Position numbers and translations under genes: made by a program. Shown here piece after piece: positions 9,588 through 19,461 of a stretch of 64,000 nt of DNA. The first letter of the stretch is position 1. Every line of letters begins with the position of its first letter. The notes beneath the pieces are model-generated. The model did no database searches and was not told the origin of the DNA. It worked only from the letters and a program-made list of their open reading frames with translations. Source of the stretch: Opitutales bacterium (lineage in GTDB: Bacteria; Verrucomicrobiota; Verrucomicrobiia; Opitutales; UBA2987); the NCBI GenBank assembly GCA_021772535.1, contig JAJFLV010000175.1:1021-65020 (forward strand), read 5' to 3'.

Positions 9588-10475
9588 TTATTCAATCACT
9601 TTCAAAAGACTATTGCCCCGCAATTTTTTCAATTTTCGCAAAGTTTCCAGGTCATTGATGTTATCTTTTCCCTTGGGTGTTTCCAGGCACAGGGGAATTT
9701 CGGCAAATGCATCATGGCCCATGATTACTTGAAAACATTCCCAGCCGATTTGTCCCTGGCCCAAAAGCGCGTGCCGGTCTTTGCGCCCTCCCAAGGGGCC
9801 TTTGCTGTCATTGAGGTGAACACAGACCACCTTTTCCCAAGGAAGTAATTGAGAAAATTCAGCGATATATTTTTCAATATCCGCCTTGGTTCGCAAATCG
9901 TATCCAGCCGCAAAAAGGTGGCACGTATCAAGGCAAATCCGTAGCCGTTTCCGGTGATGCGAGGCGTTCAACAGCATTGCCAGGTGTTCGATTTTGCCTC
10001 CCAGCAAAGTTCCCTGTCCGGCGGTTGCCTCCAGGGCAATGCGGGTGGTCCCCTCAAACCGATGAAATATCCAGTCGAGCGAATCCAGGATTCTCTCCAG
10101 ACCCTCTTCTTCGCCAGTCCACAAATGGGCTCCCGGATGCAACACAATAAAGGGAAGCTCCAGCAAGCGGCATCGCTCCAGTTCGTCGAGTAGGGAAATC
10201 CGGGATTTTTCCAGATTTTCAGGGTTGTTGGAGGCAAGGTTGATCAGGTAACCAGCGTGGGCAAAGATTGTTTTTATTCCCGTCTCGTCTCTGGCTGCGC
10301 GGAATTTCCTGACCGACTCATCGGTGAGCGCAGATCCCTTCCATTGCATGTTGTTCTTGGTAAAAATCTGAACAACCTCGCAGCCGAGGTCCCGGCCCAG
10401 ATAAAGAGCTTTATGGTGGCCTCCGGCAATCGAACAATGAACTCCGATCCTGTGAGATGTGGGCTGTAAACTCAT
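9588..10475 (-). CDS. nfo: Deoxyribonuclease IV (endonuclease IV)
   Basis: 'IGVHCSIAGG', 'FAHAGYLINL', 'VLHPGAH', 'LE.TAGQG' and 'CLDTCHLFAAGYD'. The ORF track gives a GTG at 10517. The ATG at 10475 (MSLQP) fits the family N-terminus. Confidence 0.85.
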   Translation of the reverse strand: MSLQPTSHRIGVHCSIAGGHHKALYLGRDLGCEVVQIFTKNNMQWKGSALTDESVRKFRAARDETGIKTIFAHAGYLINLASNNPENLEKSRISLLDELERCRLLELPFIVLHPGAHLWTGEEEGLERILDSLDWIFHRFEGTTRIALEATAGQGTLLGGKIEHLAMLLNASHHRKRLRICLDTCHLFAAGYDLRTKADIEKYIAEFSQLLPWEKVVCVHLNDSKGPLGGRKDRHALLGQGQIGWECFQVIMGHDAFAEIPLCLETPKGKDNINDLETLRKLKKLRGNSLLKVIE

Positions 10476-10663
10476 TTTATCTTTTGCATGGGGGATTAAC
10501 TCATTTTCTGAATGCACCCTTTTCAGAGGTTCAAAATCAATAGAATTGGTTATTTCGCAGCTTTGGTTTTACATTTTTCAGAGAAAACTATAAATCAATT
10601 ATCAGCCAGTTCCTTTATAAATTGTTTCGGTTGCGAAATTCCAACTGGGAGAAGGAGATACCT

Positions 10664-11611
10664 ATGAAGAAAATCGCTCGCCTGAAAATCACTGAGCGCC
10701 CCAAGCAAACTCTTCGCATCAACTTGACTCTCGTTTTGTTGGCTGGCTTGGCACACGGTTGTGTGTCACTGGAGAAAATTGCCGCCAACAAAATGGGCAA
10801 TGCCTTGGCTTCGGGCGGGACCGCTTTTACCTCGGACGACGACCCTGAACTGGTGGGAGCGGCCATGCCCTTCAGTCTTAAATTGATGGAATCGCTTCTC
10901 GATCAAGTTCCAGAGCACCAGGGGCTTCTCTATGCCACTGTCAGCGGGTTTACCCAATACAGCTATGCATTTGTGCAGCAGAAGGCTGATTTACTGGAAG
11001 ACACTGATTTGGAGGCGGCCTTCGCTCTTCGCAACCGGGCCCGGCGGCTATATCTCCGTGCTCGTGGTTATGGGTTACGAGGACTTGAGGCCAATATACC
11101 CGGTTTTGAGGCGAAATTGCGGGAGAGTCCTTTGGTTGCCGTTAAAATGACTAACGTGAAGGAGGTCCCACTTCTCTACTGGACGGCTTCGGCCTGGGTA
11201 TCCGCCATAGCCATATCCAAGGAGGCCGATTTGATCGGTGATCTTCCGATTGTGGATGCCCTTATTGATCGTGCCCTGGAATTGGATGAATCCTACGACT
11301 ACGGTGCAATTCACTCCTTTCTCATTACTTACGAAATGAACCGCAGCAAAGATGGCGAATCCCCTGAAACTCGTTCCCGGCGCCACTATAAACGAGCGGT
11401 CGAGCTCTCCAACGGGTCGCAAGCGGGGCCTTACGTTGCCCTGGCCGAAGCGGTTTCCATTCCAAACCAGAATCGTTCTGAGTTCCTGGCACTTCTCAAT
11501 AAGGCTCTCGCCATTGATGACGGAATACGTCCAGAATGGCGATTAGCCAATATCATCATGCAACGAAGGGCGCGATGGCTCCTGGACCGTGTAGATCGTT
11601 ATTTCCTTTGA
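10664..11611 (+). CDS. TRAP transporter TatT component (TPR-like periplasmic/lipoprotein accessory)
   Basis: Signal/lipobox-like 'LVLLAGLAHGC'. Helical-repeat body with 'DDPELVGAAMPFSLKLMESLL' and 'LLYWTASAW', matching my memory of the TatT family. GGAGAAGGAGA RBS before the ATG at 10664. Immediately upstream of DctP and DctQM genes. Confidence 0.7.
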   Translation: MKKIARLKITERPKQTLRINLTLVLLAGLAHGCVSLEKIAANKMGNALASGGTAFTSDDDPELVGAAMPFSLKLMESLLDQVPEHQGLLYATVSGFTQYSYAFVQQKADLLEDTDLEAAFALRNRARRLYLRARGYGLRGLEANIPGFEAKLRESPLVAVKMTNVKEVPLLYWTASAWVSAIAISKEADLIGDLPIVDALIDRALELDESYDYGAIHSFLITYEMNRSKDGESPETRSRRHYKRAVELSNGSQAGPYVALAEAVSIPNQNRSEFLALLNKALAIDDGIRPEWRLANIIMQRRARWLLDRVDRYFL

Positions 11612-11653
11612 TAATGTGGGACAAACCTTAAGCCTGCCACCAATTGCGAACGA

Positions 11654-12706
11654 ATGTATTTTCTGAAAAACGCCCCATCCTCAATGCGAATCGCCTTCCA
11701 AACGTTCCTCCTTTTGACAGTCGTCATGACCCAATTCCTTCCGGCTAAAATGGCTGCGGCGGAGAAACGACACATCATAAAGCTAACTACTATTGCGCCC
11801 AAAGGGGGGTCCTTTCATCGGTCCCTCCAGCGTATGGGGCAGGCTTGGCGGGAAGCCTCCGGAGGTTCCGTGGAATTGATCATCTACCCCGGAGGCATTC
11901 AGGGAGGAGAAGCCGCCATGGTGGACCGGATGCGGATCAAACAGGTTCAGGCCGGTCTGCTCACCACTACCGGATTGAGCGAGATCGAACCAGCGGTTTC
12001 CGGACTGCAGTTCATGCCCATGATGTTTCAAAATCTCTCGGAAGTCGATTATGTCAGTAAAAAGCTGCGCCCCAAGCTGGAAAAGCGACTGCGGGATAAA
12101 GGCTTCATCGCTTTGTTTTGGGCCGATGTGGGCTGGGTGCGTTTTTTTTCCAGGAATCGGGTGGTGACCCCGGATGATTTAAGAAAAACCAAGCTCTTTA
12201 CCTGGGCCGGAAGCACTGGCACGGCCGACACTTTTCGGAAAGCCGGATTCAAGGTGGTGCCACTCGAACCGGAGGATGTCCTGACCAGTATGCAGACCGG
12301 TCTCATCGATGCTGCCCCCATGCCTCCTTTGATTGCCCTGGGTTCACAAATCTATACCCCGGCTCCCCACATGCTGGAACTCAATTGGTCCCCGCTGGTT
12401 GGGGCTCTCGTCATCTCGAGGGAGGTTTGGGAGGAGATCCCTTTTCCCATACGGATGGAAATGGTTAAGTCCGCAGGTGTGGCAGGAAGTGAAATCAAAG
12501 AAACCGGGCGTCGGGAGAACGAAGAAGCCGTCCGCACAATGCAAGAAAAATGGGGGCTGCAAGTTCAGAAGGTCTCCCCGGAAATCGAAGCATTGTGGCG
12601 ACGGGAAGCGGAAGGAGTTTACGAATTCATTCGCACCAGGATAGTTCCTACCGAGATTTTCGACGAGGTGCGGCGGCAACTGGAGGAATACCGAAAAGGT
12701 AAATAA
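11654..12706 (+). CDS. TRAP transporter substrate-binding protein (DctP family)
   Basis: Signal peptide followed by a DctP-like body ('LKLTTIAPKGGS', 'VELIIYPGG'). Operon position between the TatT and permease genes. Confidence 0.8.
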   Translation: MYFLKNAPSSMRIAFQTFLLLTVVMTQFLPAKMAAAEKRHIIKLTTIAPKGGSFHRSLQRMGQAWREASGGSVELIIYPGGIQGGEAAMVDRMRIKQVQAGLLTTTGLSEIEPAVSGLQFMPMMFQNLSEVDYVSKKLRPKLEKRLRDKGFIALFWADVGWVRFFSRNRVVTPDDLRKTKLFTWAGSTGTADTFRKAGFKVVPLEPEDVLTSMQTGLIDAAPMPPLIALGSQIYTPAPHMLELNWSPLVGALVISREVWEEIPFPIRMEMVKSAGVAGSEIKETGRRENEEAVRTMQEKWGLQVQKVSPEIEALWRREAEGVYEFIRTRIVPTEIFDEVRRQLEEYRKGK

Positions 12707-12717
12707 ACCGGCATACG

Positions 12718-14589
12718 ATGAAATCTCAGGACGCTGCTGAAAGCCCGCCTAAAAATAGCGGCAAATCATTGTTGCGAACTGGTTTTCGCCACTTGGAGAA
12801 CCTGCTGGTGACACTTTCTCTGGGCGGCATGGTAATACTGCCGCTGGCAGAAGTCGTTTTGCGCAAACTGTTCCAGCAAAGCATTTCCGGAGTTACTGCC
12901 ATGGTACAGCACCTGGTGCTGGTCTCTTCCGTGCTGGGGGCGGCAGTTGCCGCCCGGGAAGACCGCCTTCTAGCCATGTCCACGGTAACCACCTTTCTCC
13001 ATGGACGTTGGAAAATCGCAGCCTCCGTTTTCAGCGGAGCATTTGCAATCGCCATCAGCGTTGGGCTGGCGACGGCCGGAACTCAGTATGTCCTCATTTC
13101 CAGAGAGGCAGGAAAAATCTTGGCCTATGGGGTGCCGGTATGGGTTGTTCAAGCGATAATGCCGCTCGGGTTTGCGGTCATTGGTTGGCGGATCCTTCGC
13201 AACACGGCCAAATCCTGGAAGAGCGGTATTCTCATCCTGGCCTTAAGCGGACTTCTCGTTGGCATCGGAATTTATCCACCCTTTGATCCTGAAAACCTGG
13301 TCCTCCCAGCGCTCCTTCTCCTTGTTGCTGCCATCGTCTTGGGCGCTCCCATTTTTTCCGCTTTGGGCGGAGCCGCCCTCATTCTTATCTGGGGAGCGCA
13401 CAATCCCATCGCATCCATCGCTGTTGATCATTATCGGATGGTTTTGAACCCGTCACTGGGGGCCATACCCCTGTTTACCCTGGCCGGTTATTTCCTGGCC
13501 GAAGGCGGCGCTTCCAAACGCCTCATCAACGTTTTTCAAACGCTTGTGGGTAGGATAAAAGGTGGCCCGGTCATCGTCACGGCGCTGGTTTGCGCGTTTT
13601 TTACCTCTTTTACAGGAGCCTCCGGGGTGACCATTCTAGCCCTCGGTGGGCTTCTTATGCCGGTCCTTGTATCCGCCCGATACAGTGAAAAGGATGCCAT
13701 TGGGCTGCTTACTTCGGCCGGTTCACTGGGGCTATTGTTTCCGCCCTGCCTCCCGCTCATCCTGTTTGCCGTTGTGGCTACTTCAAATGGCGCCACCGTC
13801 ACTATTAAAGAAATTTTCCTGGGAGGAGTCGGCCCGGGGATTCTGATTGTCGCCCTGACGGCCTGGTGGGGTGTACGCCGGGCTTCTCCCACCGCCTCAA
13901 AGGAGGATCTGCCGAAATTCGATTGGCAGGCGGCAAGACGGGCAATTTGGGCGGCAAAATGGGAATTACTTTTGCCGGTCGTTGCCCTCACGGCGCTTTT
14001 CGGAGGATTCGCCACCCCCGTGGAAGCCGCTGCTGTTACCGCTCTCTATGCCTTTATTGTGGAAACTTTCATCTACCGCGATCTGAAATTCTTTCGTGAC
14101 ACCACGAGGGTGATGACGGAATGCGGCCTGTTGGTGGGGGGCGTGCTCTTAATCCTCGGGGTGGCGATGGGCTTCAATAATTACCTGATCGATGCACGAT
14201 TGCCTGACCGGATCGTGGATTGGGTTAGTCAGACGATCGAATCCCGCTGGTTGTTCCTGCTTTCCCTGAACTTTTTCCTCCTGCTGGTAGGCTGTGTGAT
14301 GGATATCTTCTCCGCCATTGTAGTGGTGGTGCCTTTGATTATTCCCATGAGTTTGGCTTTCGGAATCGATCCGATTCACCTGGGGATCATCTTTTTGGCC
14401 AACCTGGAACTCGGTTATCTGACCCCTCCGGTGGGCATGAATCTCTTCCTCTCCGCCATGCGATTCAAAAAATCGCTCCCCTACGTTTACCGGTCCGTTC
14501 TGCCGTTGCTGCTGGTGCGAATACCAGGAGTTTTATTAATAACCTATTTTCCGCCTCTGACACTGATATTGCCAGGGTTCCTTGAGTAA
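12718..14589 (+). CDS. TRAP transporter fused small/large permease (DctQ-DctM)
   Basis: 623-aa polytopic membrane protein. N-terminal ~170 aa are DctQ-like (4 TM) and the remainder is DctM-like ('FTSFTGASGVTILALGG', 'GYLTPPVGMNLF'). Confidence 0.85.
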   Translation: MKSQDAAESPPKNSGKSLLRTGFRHLENLLVTLSLGGMVILPLAEVVLRKLFQQSISGVTAMVQHLVLVSSVLGAAVAAREDRLLAMSTVTTFLHGRWKIAASVFSGAFAIAISVGLATAGTQYVLISREAGKILAYGVPVWVVQAIMPLGFAVIGWRILRNTAKSWKSGILILALSGLLVGIGIYPPFDPENLVLPALLLLVAAIVLGAPIFSALGGAALILIWGAHNPIASIAVDHYRMVLNPSLGAIPLFTLAGYFLAEGGASKRLINVFQTLVGRIKGGPVIVTALVCAFFTSFTGASGVTILALGGLLMPVLVSARYSEKDAIGLLTSAGSLGLLFPPCLPLILFAVVATSNGATVTIKEIFLGGVGPGILIVALTAWWGVRRASPTASKEDLPKFDWQAARRAIWAAKWELLLPVVALTALFGGFATPVEAAAVTALYAFIVETFIYRDLKFFRDTTRVMTECGLLVGGVLLILGVAMGFNNYLIDARLPDRIVDWVSQTIESRWLFLLSLNFFLLLVGCVMDIFSAIVVVVPLIIPMSLAFGIDPIHLGIIFLANLELGYLTPPVGMNLFLSAMRFKKSLPYVYRSVLPLLLVRIPGVLLITYFPPLTLILPGFLE

Positions 14590-14602
14590 AATCCTTCCAC
14601 CT

Positions 14603-17434
14603 TCACAGGCCCTTGTCTTCAATCGGCGGTCCAAGAGGAGGCAGGAGCATTTCCCTGTCCTTGTTTTTATCCGTTCGGGACCGTTGGGGGTCAGGATTGC
14701 TGAAAACATTGCGGGGATCTATTTGGAATCGCCATCTGGGGTTATCAAGAGTGCCTCGCAGATGCAGTTCTAGAGCGGATTCGAGGGGGTTTAACAATGG
14801 ACCAAGAACGGATAAGAGGGATTTCTCTTCGCTTTCAAAAAAATTGACGCGAACCTTGAAATCGAGGTTGTGGTCCGGCATGACGATGTTGCCGTTAGCG
14901 CTGATCAGAGATCCGGGTCCGGAAAAATTGACTTCGGGAAATTGTATCAGGTTTTCATTGAGAAAAAATTGGCAATCGGCGGAATCGAGTTTGAGAGTGG
15001 TAAAATCAACCCAGGTTCCATAAAGGGCGCGGGAGAGACCTCCAAAGAAATGCACCGTACCTAATTCTGCTTGAGTTATCTTTAAACTGCCCAAGCCTGT
15101 GAAACTTAAAATATCTCCATGGACCCCAACAGCGCTGAAATCGACGTCCAGAAGCCCGCTTTTCCCGATTCCCTTTCCCACAATTGGGGAACCATCTATA
15201 GGTTCATCCCTATTCCCAACGTCACCTTTATTAGTTGTATTAAGCCCGAACAAGTCGAACGCTTTTAGGTGGTCGGCTCCTCTCAGGCTCAGTTTCATGT
15301 CCAATTGAAGGTCGGTTTCCAAAGCCCCCCAAGTGAGATGGCCTGTTCCATCTCCACCGGCAAATCCGAAGCGAATCTGATCCATATCAAAAAGGTCATC
15401 TTCAAAGTGGGCTTCGAATTGCAGGTAGTCGAGTGGGTACTGGCGATATTTGAAAGGTTCCTCGGAAACCGCTTGCAAACGAAGCTTTCGATGGATTTGC
15501 CAGGGTGAGGTGGGAAAATAAAGATTTCCCTTGAGGTGAAGGCGCGCTGGAGTGGAAAGGTGGAAGTCGCCAACCACCGCCGCGACCTCGGGACCCAAGA
15601 GGGCAGACAACGGTCCAAGGTGGATGCTTGTTTCAAGGTCAAGAATTCGCGCGACCGCTTTTCTCTCGAGAAAAACCCAATTTACGGACCCCTCTACCTT
15701 CCCTTCTGGACGGGTGGCATGGAGATCGAAGATTTCGATGAAACCGGGGCGGCTCCAGCATTTTAGATCGTAAGTTTCAAAAATTGTGGAATGGAAAGTG
15801 ACATTTTCACCGTTAAATCCGCCGTAGAAAAAGTTGAGTCTGTTAGTCTTCCAATTTCCTTTTGCTTCCAGGTCCGATCGCAGCAAATATTCAGAAAATT
15901 CAATATTCTTCCAGACATTGTCCCACCAATCCGGCATGATTGGGTTGAGTGGAACCGGATCTCCCTCGCCGGCCAGAAGAAGTTGATAATCGCCTTGTTT
16001 GAGGTCAACTACCAACGATCCATCAACCCGTTCACTCCGCTTTTCGAGGACGTAATGGGTCAGCTGGACCTCATCTGGTACAACCTGGCCCCGGGCCGCG
16101 AATCTGAGAAAATTGGCACCTCCAAAGTCTAATGGACCTGCCTTCAGATTAAACTCGGCTTTCTTAAATATAAACCCCGGCTCGAAGTGGCTGTTCAAAC
16201 GTAAACGGGGAGGAGAAAAAAGGATCAGTCTTTCCAGAGCCGCCGCCTTGCCCAGGCGACTGCTGATGGCGGCCCTCAGCTCCTCGGTAAGCGCCGCTCT
16301 GGAATCGAGGCTCAATTGGCCGCTTAATTGATCGAGATTGAAATCACCGCTCAGACGGACCAGACGGTTTTGCAACAATCCCTGAACTGAGCCGTTAACG
16401 AGAGGAAAGGATGGCGCTGAAATTTCACCGCCAGGGGCCATCAAAACCAAGCCTCCAGCGTCCAGACGGCCTGCCGTAAACCGGGCTCGCTCCACCTGGG
16501 CGGAGAGCAGGTTTTTAGGCTTGTCGGCAAAAAGAAGAATTTCACAATCCGATGCCTTCACGCGGTTTTCCCAATTGAGATTATCAACCCGAAGATAAAT
16601 CGGTTCAGGTAATTCCAACCGGGGCATATCGATTCGGGGGATCTCCAACCGAAAAAGTCCGCAGTTCAAACCGGCAGGGCCCTGCAGGGAGTTTCCGCTT
16701 AATTGGAATCGTGCCTTGGGCCGTTCGCCTTTGGTGTAAGAGAGGGCGATCCCAGCCACCGGATTTTCCAATGCCTGCAATTTCGAGGACAATTCGAGGA
16801 CCTGGCGGCAAAGGAAAAGATATCGCTCCAGAGGCCGTGGCCGAAAGGCGGGCTCCGCTAGTGGTCCCCGGGGAAGCGTAAATCCTGCCTGTGGCCAGCT
16901 TCCCTTGGCGTGAGCCCGCAAATTTTGAAATTTGAAGTCAAACCTCTCAATTTCCCAACCATTATTTTGCCGCCTGAATTGGCCATGGATTTTTTCAGCC
17001 AACGTTTGGGGGACTCCGCTATTGGAGTAAAAAGCCGGGCAAATCAGGCTCCCGTTTTGAAAAATGAAGGAATCCACACTTACCCTTTGCATAAGAAGCA
17101 GCGGCAAATCGAGTGTCAGTTTCAAGGAATCGAATTGCCCCAGCAATTCTCCGCCACCCGCCTTGAGAATTTTCAACCGTCGGGCGGTTACGCGGCCCAG
17201 AAGGTCGAAATGAAGATCATCCGCCTTGGCATAGAGACCGTAATCGGCCAGGTTTTCTTCCAGGTTTTTGAGGACAAAGCCCGGCACTGGGATCACTTTA
17301 TTGGTAATTAAAAACCCGGCCAGAATTCCCTGGGCCAAAACCAGCAGCAACAAAAAGGTGTTCAGACTATAGAGACAGATGAAGTAAAAAATCAGACTTC
17401 TTTTCGAAATCTTCCTCTTTAAATTAAGGATCAT
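14603..17434 (-). CDS. Large N-terminally anchored envelope protein, AsmA/TamB-like (function unknown)
   Basis: 943 aa. Single N-terminal TM (LIFYFICLYSLNTFLLLLVLAQGILAGFLI), a long beta-rich body, and a C-terminal 'LHLRGTLDNPRWRF' resembling the G-[ST]-h-x-x-P terminal motif of AsmA-family proteins. Starts 27 nt downstream of the DUF4340 gene. Confidence 0.7.
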   Translation of the reverse strand: MILNLKRKISKRSLIFYFICLYSLNTFLLLLVLAQGILAGFLITNKVIPVPGFVLKNLEENLADYGLYAKADDLHFDLLGRVTARRLKILKAGGGELLGQFDSLKLTLDLPLLLMQRVSVDSFIFQNGSLICPAFYSNSGVPQTLAEKIHGQFRRQNNGWEIERFDFKFQNLRAHAKGSWPQAGFTLPRGPLAEPAFRPRPLERYLFLCRQVLELSSKLQALENPVAGIALSYTKGERPKARFQLSGNSLQGPAGLNCGLFRLEIPRIDMPRLELPEPIYLRVDNLNWENRVKASDCEILLFADKPKNLLSAQVERARFTAGRLDAGGLVLMAPGGEISAPSFPLVNGSVQGLLQNRLVRLSGDFNLDQLSGQLSLDSRAALTEELRAAISSRLGKAAALERLILFSPPRLRLNSHFEPGFIFKKAEFNLKAGPLDFGGANFLRFAARGQVVPDEVQLTHYVLEKRSERVDGSLVVDLKQGDYQLLLAGEGDPVPLNPIMPDWWDNVWKNIEFSEYLLRSDLEAKGNWKTNRLNFFYGGFNGENVTFHSTIFETYDLKCWSRPGFIEIFDLHATRPEGKVEGSVNWVFLERKAVARILDLETSIHLGPLSALLGPEVAAVVGDFHLSTPARLHLKGNLYFPTSPWQIHRKLRLQAVSEEPFKYRQYPLDYLQFEAHFEDDLFDMDQIRFGFAGGDGTGHLTWGALETDLQLDMKLSLRGADHLKAFDLFGLNTTNKGDVGNRDEPIDGSPIVGKGIGKSGLLDVDFSAVGVHGDILSFTGLGSLKITQAELGTVHFFGGLSRALYGTWVDFTTLKLDSADCQFFLNENLIQFPEVNFSGPGSLISANGNIVMPDHNLDFKVRVNFFESEEKSLLSVLGPLLNPLESALELHLRGTLDNPRWRFQIDPRNVFSNPDPQRSRTDKNKDREMLLPPLGPPIEDKGL

Positions 17435-17461
17435 GCTTTGCTGGTAAACCCGGAATTTGAG

Positions 17462-19447
17462 CTATTGCCCTGCTTCGGCATCGGACTCCACAGAGCTTTC
17501 GATTGGAAGATCCGAATCGGGCGCTGCCGGTTTCTCCATGGGCAAAGTTTCGGGGAGCGACGGGGCAACATCCTCCAGACCACGGGTCTCGCGTCGAAAG
17601 GCGAGAGTGAACAGGGAATCGATGAGTTCCTGGTTTAACTCGAAAACAATATTATAATCGGGGGAGCCGCCAATTTGGGTCGTACCGCCGAGCCGTTCGG
17701 TAAAATAAAAATTGTAGGTGCGCAACTGGTCCTCGGTTCCGCCAGGAAGGCTGATTTTTGCCTTCAGAAGGTATTTCCAGGGCAATATCTTTTCCCCCAA
17801 ATTGAATTTGTCGGAAAATTCGTTCCGCAAGTAGGATTTCACTTTGAATTGGCTCGAATACCGCAATAAGGTTTCAGCCTCTTCACGCTCATTTTCCGGC
17901 AACAAAGCCAGCGCCTCCAAAAATCCAGGCAATTCTCCATCCTTCGGGTGAACTTCATCGTTGCCGGGGTAGCCCTGCCGATCCAAAGCAAATAGATTTT
18001 CCCCGCTTTGCAAATCGCTCAAGGTGACAGCTTCAATAACGGCTGACTTGGGTTGGCGGTGAAAAACCCGGGATCGAAAATGGAGGGCGCGTGCTTGCAA
18101 ATGCTTCAAAATTTCAACAGGCACTTGATAAACGAAAGGTTCCGACTCCATTTTGGCGTAAATCAGGTCGCCGGTTGAATCCAGGTCGCCGAGCAAAAGA
18201 ACATGGTCCAGAGCAGCACGAAGGGTGATCCGCCTTTGTGGGTCGGTAAACCCGAATTGAGCTAGATCGGCTTCCGCCGGGGCATTGGTGGGAAAGCTGA
18301 CCGCTTCCAGTTCGAGCAGGGAGACAATGAGATCGTTAACCAAAGAGGGCTCTGCCGGCCAAGTCTGTAAAGCGCCTGATAAATCCTTGGTGGGCAACTG
18401 CCAACCACCGGTTTCGAATTTCTGTAGGGTCACTCGCCTGTCACCCGCTGCTACCTCAATTTCGTTTAAAGTGGTCGCCTTGAACCGCACGAATTTTTTC
18501 TCGCGCAACGTTTCCTGCGCTTTCAGCAGATTGTCAAAAGGCTCCGCCGGAACGGTGAAAACTGTGGCGTTGTCGGATATTTTGGCATACTTTCGCAGAT
18601 TTCCCGAGTCGCTCGGGGCATCACTGCCAAGCAAAAGCGTTTGCCTCCGGTTGTTGCCCTCAATAGTTACTCTAGCTGCGATCGAGGCGTCGTCCAATCC
18701 TTGTCCCGGAAGATCGGCAGATAGAAAGTCGGTTGCGCGAATCGCAGTCAGCCGGTTAATGGCGGTTTCCACTAAAGCTGCGTCGGCCTTGGTTTGGATA
18801 GGGGTAAGAAAATTCCATTGGTTCTCATTCCGTTCAATCCGAACGATAGTATTGCCCGGACTGACGACGATCCGCAAAGCCTTTACTTCAAAAAGTGGAA
18901 TGTTGAATACTTTCGACTCCCGAAGGTCAGCCAGTTCTACGGAAATGCTTTCAAACAATTCACGGGTGACGACAAAGACTTCGTTCTGATCGGGGGACAG
19001 GATGTAGAGGCGGTCACCAAATCCCGTCGGTTCACCAATTCTGAGGATCGACTTATTTCTGCCCTGGCCCAGTGTGAGTATGGCTTGGGGCTGAACCAGG
19101 CCGTAATCTTCGAGAGAACGGCCTGCCTTATCGATTTCGCTAACAGAAAAAGAAGACTCTTTTTCCAGAAATTGGAGCTGGTTGAGAATTCGGCTGACAG
19201 CAAAAAAATTCGCCGGCCAATTGATCGGGTTGGTTATGCTCCACTGTTCTCTGGTCTTATTTAAAATCCAATGGGCATTGGGGTCCTGCACCTTAATTTC
19301 CAGGTAATCGGCATTTTCGACGAGACCTGCCGGCAATACCGGACCGACTCCGGGAAGATCGGTTTCCGGGCGTTTTTCGATTATGAAAATAATTCCGAAG
19401 AGCGCCAGATTGAGGACGATGAGCAAAATTGTGAATTTGAGTCGCAT
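17462..19447 (-). CDS. DUF4340 domain-containing protein (ABC/GldG-associated)
   Basis: N-terminal TM (MRLKFTILLIVLNLALFGIIFII). Repeated modules of the type 'W.l..P....AD...V..L...L..l.a..F' and 'YGL..P...I.L'. I chose the ATG at 19447. The ORF-track start (19627) would overlap the upstream gene by 166 nt. Confidence 0.75.
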   Translation of the reverse strand: MRLKFTILLIVLNLALFGIIFIIEKRPETDLPGVGPVLPAGLVENADYLEIKVQDPNAHWILNKTREQWSITNPINWPANFFAVSRILNQLQFLEKESSFSVSEIDKAGRSLEDYGLVQPQAILTLGQGRNKSILRIGEPTGFGDRLYILSPDQNEVFVVTRELFESISVELADLRESKVFNIPLFEVKALRIVVSPGNTIVRIERNENQWNFLTPIQTKADAALVETAINRLTAIRATDFLSADLPGQGLDDASIAARVTIEGNNRRQTLLLGSDAPSDSGNLRKYAKISDNATVFTVPAEPFDNLLKAQETLREKKFVRFKATTLNEIEVAAGDRRVTLQKFETGGWQLPTKDLSGALQTWPAEPSLVNDLIVSLLELEAVSFPTNAPAEADLAQFGFTDPQRRITLRAALDHVLLLGDLDSTGDLIYAKMESEPFVYQVPVEILKHLQARALHFRSRVFHRQPKSAVIEAVTLSDLQSGENLFALDRQGYPGNDEVHPKDGELPGFLEALALLPENEREEAETLLRYSSQFKVKSYLRNEFSDKFNLGEKILPWKYLLKAKISLPGGTEDQLRTYNFYFTERLGGTTQIGGSPDYNIVFELNQELIDSLFTLAFRRETRGLEDVAPSLPETLPMEKPAAPDSDLPIESSVESDAEAGQ

Positions 19448-19461
19448 GTTTATCGAGGCGA

